DNA of 64,000 nt from the NCBI GenBank assembly GCA_005222965.1, contig NJBG01000001.1, forward strand, positions 82,323 to 146,322, read 5' to 3'. Made by a program: the position numbers and the translations under genes. Shown piece by piece: positions 60,999-64,000 of the stretch; position 1 is the stretch's first letter; the number at the start of each line of letters is the position of its first letter. This stretch comes from Candidatus Woesearchaeota archaeon B3_Woes. GTDB lineage: Archaea; Nanobdellota; Nanobdellia; Woesearchaeales; B3-WOES. The notes under the pieces were generated by a model, which worked only from the letters and a program-made list of their open reading frames with translations, was not told where the DNA came from and made no database searches.

Positions 60999-61499
60999 TC
61001 ACCTTATAATTCTTTTAGTATGTAATATTTTCATTATATCATCAAATCTTTCTTTAAATGTATCTAATTCATCTAATGGAATAATTATACCACCTTTAGA
61101 TTCTATCTCATTATATATATCTTCTTTCTTTTCTTGGATATATAAAAATTTACCAAGACGATTTGAGATAACATAAATTTCAAAAAACTTATTTTGTAAT
61201 ATTATTTTATTTTTATATATAGGATCTAAAAGATTTCCATTAGAAAAAAGTAATCCATTTCTTGAATCTGGTGGATATTGGTAAATTTCCCCTTTTGTGA
61301 TTAAGTTTTTGATATGTTTAGATATTGTGTTTCTATGAAAAAAAGTGTTTTCTTCAATCTGTTTCATGTTTATTCCAATATTAGTATTTAATTGGATTAT
61401 CTCTTTGATTTTAGATTCGGCATACTTCTCTCTTTCTTGAGGAGGTTTTTTTGAATATAAATCATATTCTTCTAGTTCAGGTATCTTTATCGTGTGCAT
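60999..61499 (-). CDS. Winged-helix DNA-binding protein (166 aa)
   Basis: NTISKHIKNLITKGEIYQY is a wHTH recognition-helix pattern. First gene of the co-oriented 166-449-83-MTase string. Confidence 0.45.
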   Translation of the reverse strand: MHTIKIPELEEYDLYSKKPPQEREKYAESKIKEIIQLNTNIGINMKQIEENTFFHRNTISKHIKNLITKGEIYQYPPDSRNGLLFSNGNLLDPIYKNKIILQNKFFEIYVISNRLGKFLYIQEKKEDIYNEIESKGGIIIPLDELDTFKERFDDIMKILHTKRIIR

Positions 61500-61686
61500 A
61501 TATATTGTGAATAGAAAGGTATTTAAATACTTTATGGTTTTCTAATATACATATTGTGCATTTACGTTGTGCACACCAAAAAACGAAACATTTATATACT
61601 TAAGTGATATACTTATTTAATAAGTAAATAACTTATTAATATAAATAAGGCAAGAAGCCCGAAGGCTTCCTGTCGGAGGAACCAAA

Positions 61687-62871
61687 ATGCACGACGAAGC
61701 ACAAAATAGTTCTCCAATAGGAGAAAACAATTCAGAGGTTAAAAGCTTTTCTGAATTAAAAGAACAAAATGAAGAGTTGCATAACATTGCTAAAGAAATT
61801 ATGTCAAGAATGGGAGAAGTCGAACAAGGCACTCATAAGAAATTTATACATGAGGTCATGGAAAAGTACAAAGATGTACAAAAGAAAAAAGATGGTAAAT
61901 ATAGTCAGGATTGGGCTTCATACAATAAAGTTCAGTCAAAAGAAAAACTCCTTTTAATGAACATTCTAGATGAACTTCTTAATTATGTTGAATTTCCTGA
62001 AGATAAGAAATGTGTTGGTAGAAAGCCTGTTGATTTAAAAGAGAAAATATTCTACACAATATTACAAGCCTACAATCTTAAAAGCGGTCGTAGGTGTATT
62101 TCTGACTTAGAGATAGCACGAAAACTAGGCTATGTAAACAAGACACCACATTTCAATACAGTATTGAATTGTCTTAAAGATCAATCTCTAACTATATATT
62201 TAAAACATTTAATTGAAGTTTCTGGTATTCCATTAAAACAAATAGAATCTGACTTTGCAGTTGATGCTTCTGGATTTTCCACATCAGAGTTTGGTAGATG
62301 GTTTGATGTTAGAACAGGCTCTAATTCCGATAAAAGAAAGTATAGGAAATGTCATATAACTTGTGGCGTCAGAACTAATATAATTACTGCTGTGAATATA
62401 ACAAAAGGAACAAGGTCAGATAGTCCAGAGTTTCCTGATCTAATTAAAAAAACAAACAGAATTTATGATATAAAAGAAGTTTCCGCAGATAAAGGGTATA
62501 CTTCCCGAGAAAACCTCCAAGCTGTTTCTAATATTGGGGCTATACCTTTTATACCTTTCAAAAAGAACATTAAGCCAAATACAAGGAGTAAGAATGTAGA
62601 CATTTGGAGAAAGATGTATATGTTCTTTACTCATTATCCAGAAGAGTTTGATCATCATTATCATAAAAGAAGTAATGTTGAGACTTGCTTTCATATGATT
62701 AAGAGGAAGTTTAACAGCCATTTGAGAAGCAGAACAGAAACAGGACAAGATAATGAAGTATTAGCTAAATGTTTATGCCACAATCTTTGTGTCTTGGCTC
62801 AAGAAGCTATGGAACTAGGAATTGAACTTGATTTTAAAAAATGTGCAGACATAGAGGTTGCACATAATTAG
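61687..62871 (+). CDS. DDE transposase, IS4/IS5 superfamily (DDE_Tnp_1-like)
   Basis: FAVDASGFS, VSADKGYTS and YHKRSNVETCFHMIKRKF (D, D, E-containing blocks). A GGAGGA ribosome-binding site is 8 nt upstream of the ATG. Confidence 0.75.
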   Translation: MHDEAQNSSPIGENNSEVKSFSELKEQNEELHNIAKEIMSRMGEVEQGTHKKFIHEVMEKYKDVQKKKDGKYSQDWASYNKVQSKEKLLLMNILDELLNYVEFPEDKKCVGRKPVDLKEKIFYTILQAYNLKSGRRCISDLEIARKLGYVNKTPHFNTVLNCLKDQSLTIYLKHLIEVSGIPLKQIESDFAVDASGFSTSEFGRWFDVRTGSNSDKRKYRKCHITCGVRTNIITAVNITKGTRSDSPEFPDLIKKTNRIYDIKEVSADKGYTSRENLQAVSNIGAIPFIPFKKNIKPNTRSKNVDIWRKMYMFFTHYPEEFDHHYHKRSNVETCFHMIKRKFNSHLRSRTETGQDNEVLAKCLCHNLCVLAQEAMELGIELDFKKCADIEVAHN

Positions 62872-62888
62872 GGATAGTTTATGTGCAA
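62859..62888. repeat. Perfect 10-bp palindrome ttgcacataa-N10-ttatgtgcaa spanning the transposase stop codon and IR-R
   Basis: Direct reading. Confidence 0.8.
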
Positions 62889-62891
62889 AGC

Positions 62892-62901
62892 TGGTTATTT
62901 C
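62892..62901. repeat. Right target-site duplication tggttatttc
   Basis: Matches 56495..56504. Confidence 0.6.
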
Positions 62902-62904
62902 AAC

Positions 62905-63738
62905 TTATTTTTTAGTCTTAATTTTTTTATTGAGAAAATACCCTGCAATACCCAGAACTATAACTACTACAAGTACAGACAATCCAAGTCTAAAATTCTC
63001 TTTAGCTTTAAACAAACCTATTACTGCTCCAGTTATAGCACTAAGTCCTGTTTTTTCTGGTGTTGTTTCCTCTGTTGTCTCAGCAGGAGCTGTTTCCAGC
63101 CCTAAACCTTCATCTGTTTCTTCTTCGGGCTCTTCATTACTTTGAATTTGTACTTGTGGTGGAAGAACATAAGTACAGCTTACCGTTTGTCTGTAAGAAC
63201 CGTTATTACATTCTGTATCAGCACATAGTTCTGTTTGTTTACCATAAGAAGAACATGGAGAAATTGGCTCACACACATAATTAGGTTTACAGCTGGAGCC
63301 ACCACCGCCTCCTCCGCCTCCTCCTCCTCCGCCTCCTCCGCCACCTCCAGAGCCATCTTCTGGACTTGAAGGTTGTTCTGGTTGTTCTTGTATTATTACA
63401 TTTAAATCAAGATTATTTGTAGTGCCCCATCCTCTTGTTGCATTTCCTGCTTCTACATCTTCAATTTTAAAAATGATAATATCATCTATAAAACCAGACG
63501 TAACAAATAGTGTATATTTACCAGTTTCATTTAAATTATAAGTACTATCTAATGTTTCATTAACATAAACTTGTATTTCAGTTCCAATAGGAGCAGATTC
63601 ATTATTAATTTTTACATTCCCATAATATTTATCTGGTAATGGTGGTGTGGATGGAACTGCACTTACTAAACTTAAAGAAAATATTACAATAAATAAAATT
63701 AAAATTTTTTTAGTCATTTTTTCTTCTTCTTTCCCCAT
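62905..63738 (-). CDS. Secreted surface protein with uninterrupted poly-Gly(17) tract and C-terminal TM anchor
   Basis: Signal peptide. DGSGGGGGGGGGGGGGGGGGSS. Cys-rich segment. C-terminus TTPEKTGLSAITGAV, a hydrophobic helix, then NKKIKTKK. Confidence 0.65.
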   Translation of the reverse strand: MGKEEEKMTKKILILFIVIFSLSLVSAVPSTPPLPDKYYGNVKINNESAPIGTEIQVYVNETLDSTYNLNETGKYTLFVTSGFIDDIIIFKIEDVEAGNATRGWGTTNNLDLNVIIQEQPEQPSSPEDGSGGGGGGGGGGGGGGGGGSSCKPNYVCEPISPCSSYGKQTELCADTECNNGSYRQTVSCTYVLPPQVQIQSNEEPEEETDEGLGLETAPAETTEETTPEKTGLSAITGAVIGLFKAKENFRLGLSVLVVVIVLGIAGYFLNKKIKTKK

Positions 63739-63896
63739 AATAATATAAAAATTATTAATATTAACAATATAATTGGTATTATAAAAAATAACTTATTTTT
63801 ATTTGGTGTTTCTTGTGTTATTAATAAATCTATCTGTTCTATTTTTCCAACCCCATATTTAACAGTTTTATCTGTGTTAATTTCATTTACATACAA
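63714..63896 (-). CDS. Small membrane protein (60 aa), possibly part of a longer gene
   Basis: ORF with a hydrophobic helix and KKKKK tail. Confidence 0.25.
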   Translation of the reverse strand: MYVNEINTDKTVKYGVGKIEQIDLLITQETPNKNKLFFIIPIILLILIIFILLWGKKKKK

Positions 63897-64000
63897 ATTA
63901 ATAAGCTTTTCTGTTGGTTCTTGAATTAATAAAGTATAATGACCTTTCTTGGAAACTTCAACACTGGTTATTTTTTGTTCATCTATTTTTGCTGTTATTA

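Larger units (their letters stand above)
56506..62891. mobile_element. ~6.4-kb transposon-like element with 14-bp terminal inverted repeats (gctttgcacataaa / tttatgtgcaaagc), carrying R-M genes, three unknown genes and a DDE transposase
   Basis: IR-L 56506..56519 and IR-R 62878..62891 are perfect reverse complements. They are flanked by the direct repeat tggttatttc. The transposase lies at the right end. Confidence 0.6.

Noticed and set aside
63297-63350. Possible CRISPR-like or tandem repeat at the GC-rich poly-GGN tract
   Set aside because: It is an in-frame Gly-codon run inside a coding sequence, not a repeat-spacer array. No CRISPR array was seen anywhere in the window.

Overview
The window is AT-rich (roughly 30% GC) and archaeal. 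The evidence is a set of archaea-specific markers: ribosomal proteins L39e, L31e, S19e and L10e; the S12-S7 pair; the exosome superoperon (Pop5, proteasome alpha, SBDS, Rrp4, Rrp41, Rrp42, RpoK); TFB; Cbf5; Trm1; Pth2; an archaeal-type ProRS; and a XerA-like recombinase. Short genes, tight packing and several huge acidic surface proteins suggest a small-genome DPANN-like archaeon, but that is inference.

Housekeeping blocks alternate with accessory regions. Features I could support:
- Three tRNAs near the start: tRNA-Gly(GCC); tRNA-Val(TAC) with a ~30-nt insert in the T-loop; and a 145-nt tRNA with a ~71-nt intron. A free-standing LAGLIDADG homing-endonuclease gene sits between them.
- A GC-richer leuB/C/D-like cluster.
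- A sugar-handling cluster: NagB-like, ROK kinase, PIG-L deacetylase, GT4 glycosyltransferase and a glycoside hydrolase.
- A ~125-bp repeated element family, one copy fused to a 42-nt exact copy of the rpl31e 3' end.
- A wHTH-TIR-domain protein with unknown neighbours.
- Three small ORFs missed by the track, in an 800-nt region with no ORF in the track.

The most interesting region is a ~6.4-kb insertion at 56495-62901. It is bounded by 14-bp terminal inverted repeats (gctttgcacataaa) and a 10-bp direct target-site duplication (tggttatttc). It has an IS4/IS5-type DDE transposase at one end. Its cargo is a PD-(D/E)xK-like restriction nuclease, a convergent SPPY-type DNA methyltransferase, and three co-oriented genes of unknown function upstream of that methyltransferase, co-oriented with it: a winged-helix protein, a 449-aa Cys-cluster protein and an 83-aa protein. 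That three-gene module is a candidate uncharacterised defence or DNA-modification system.
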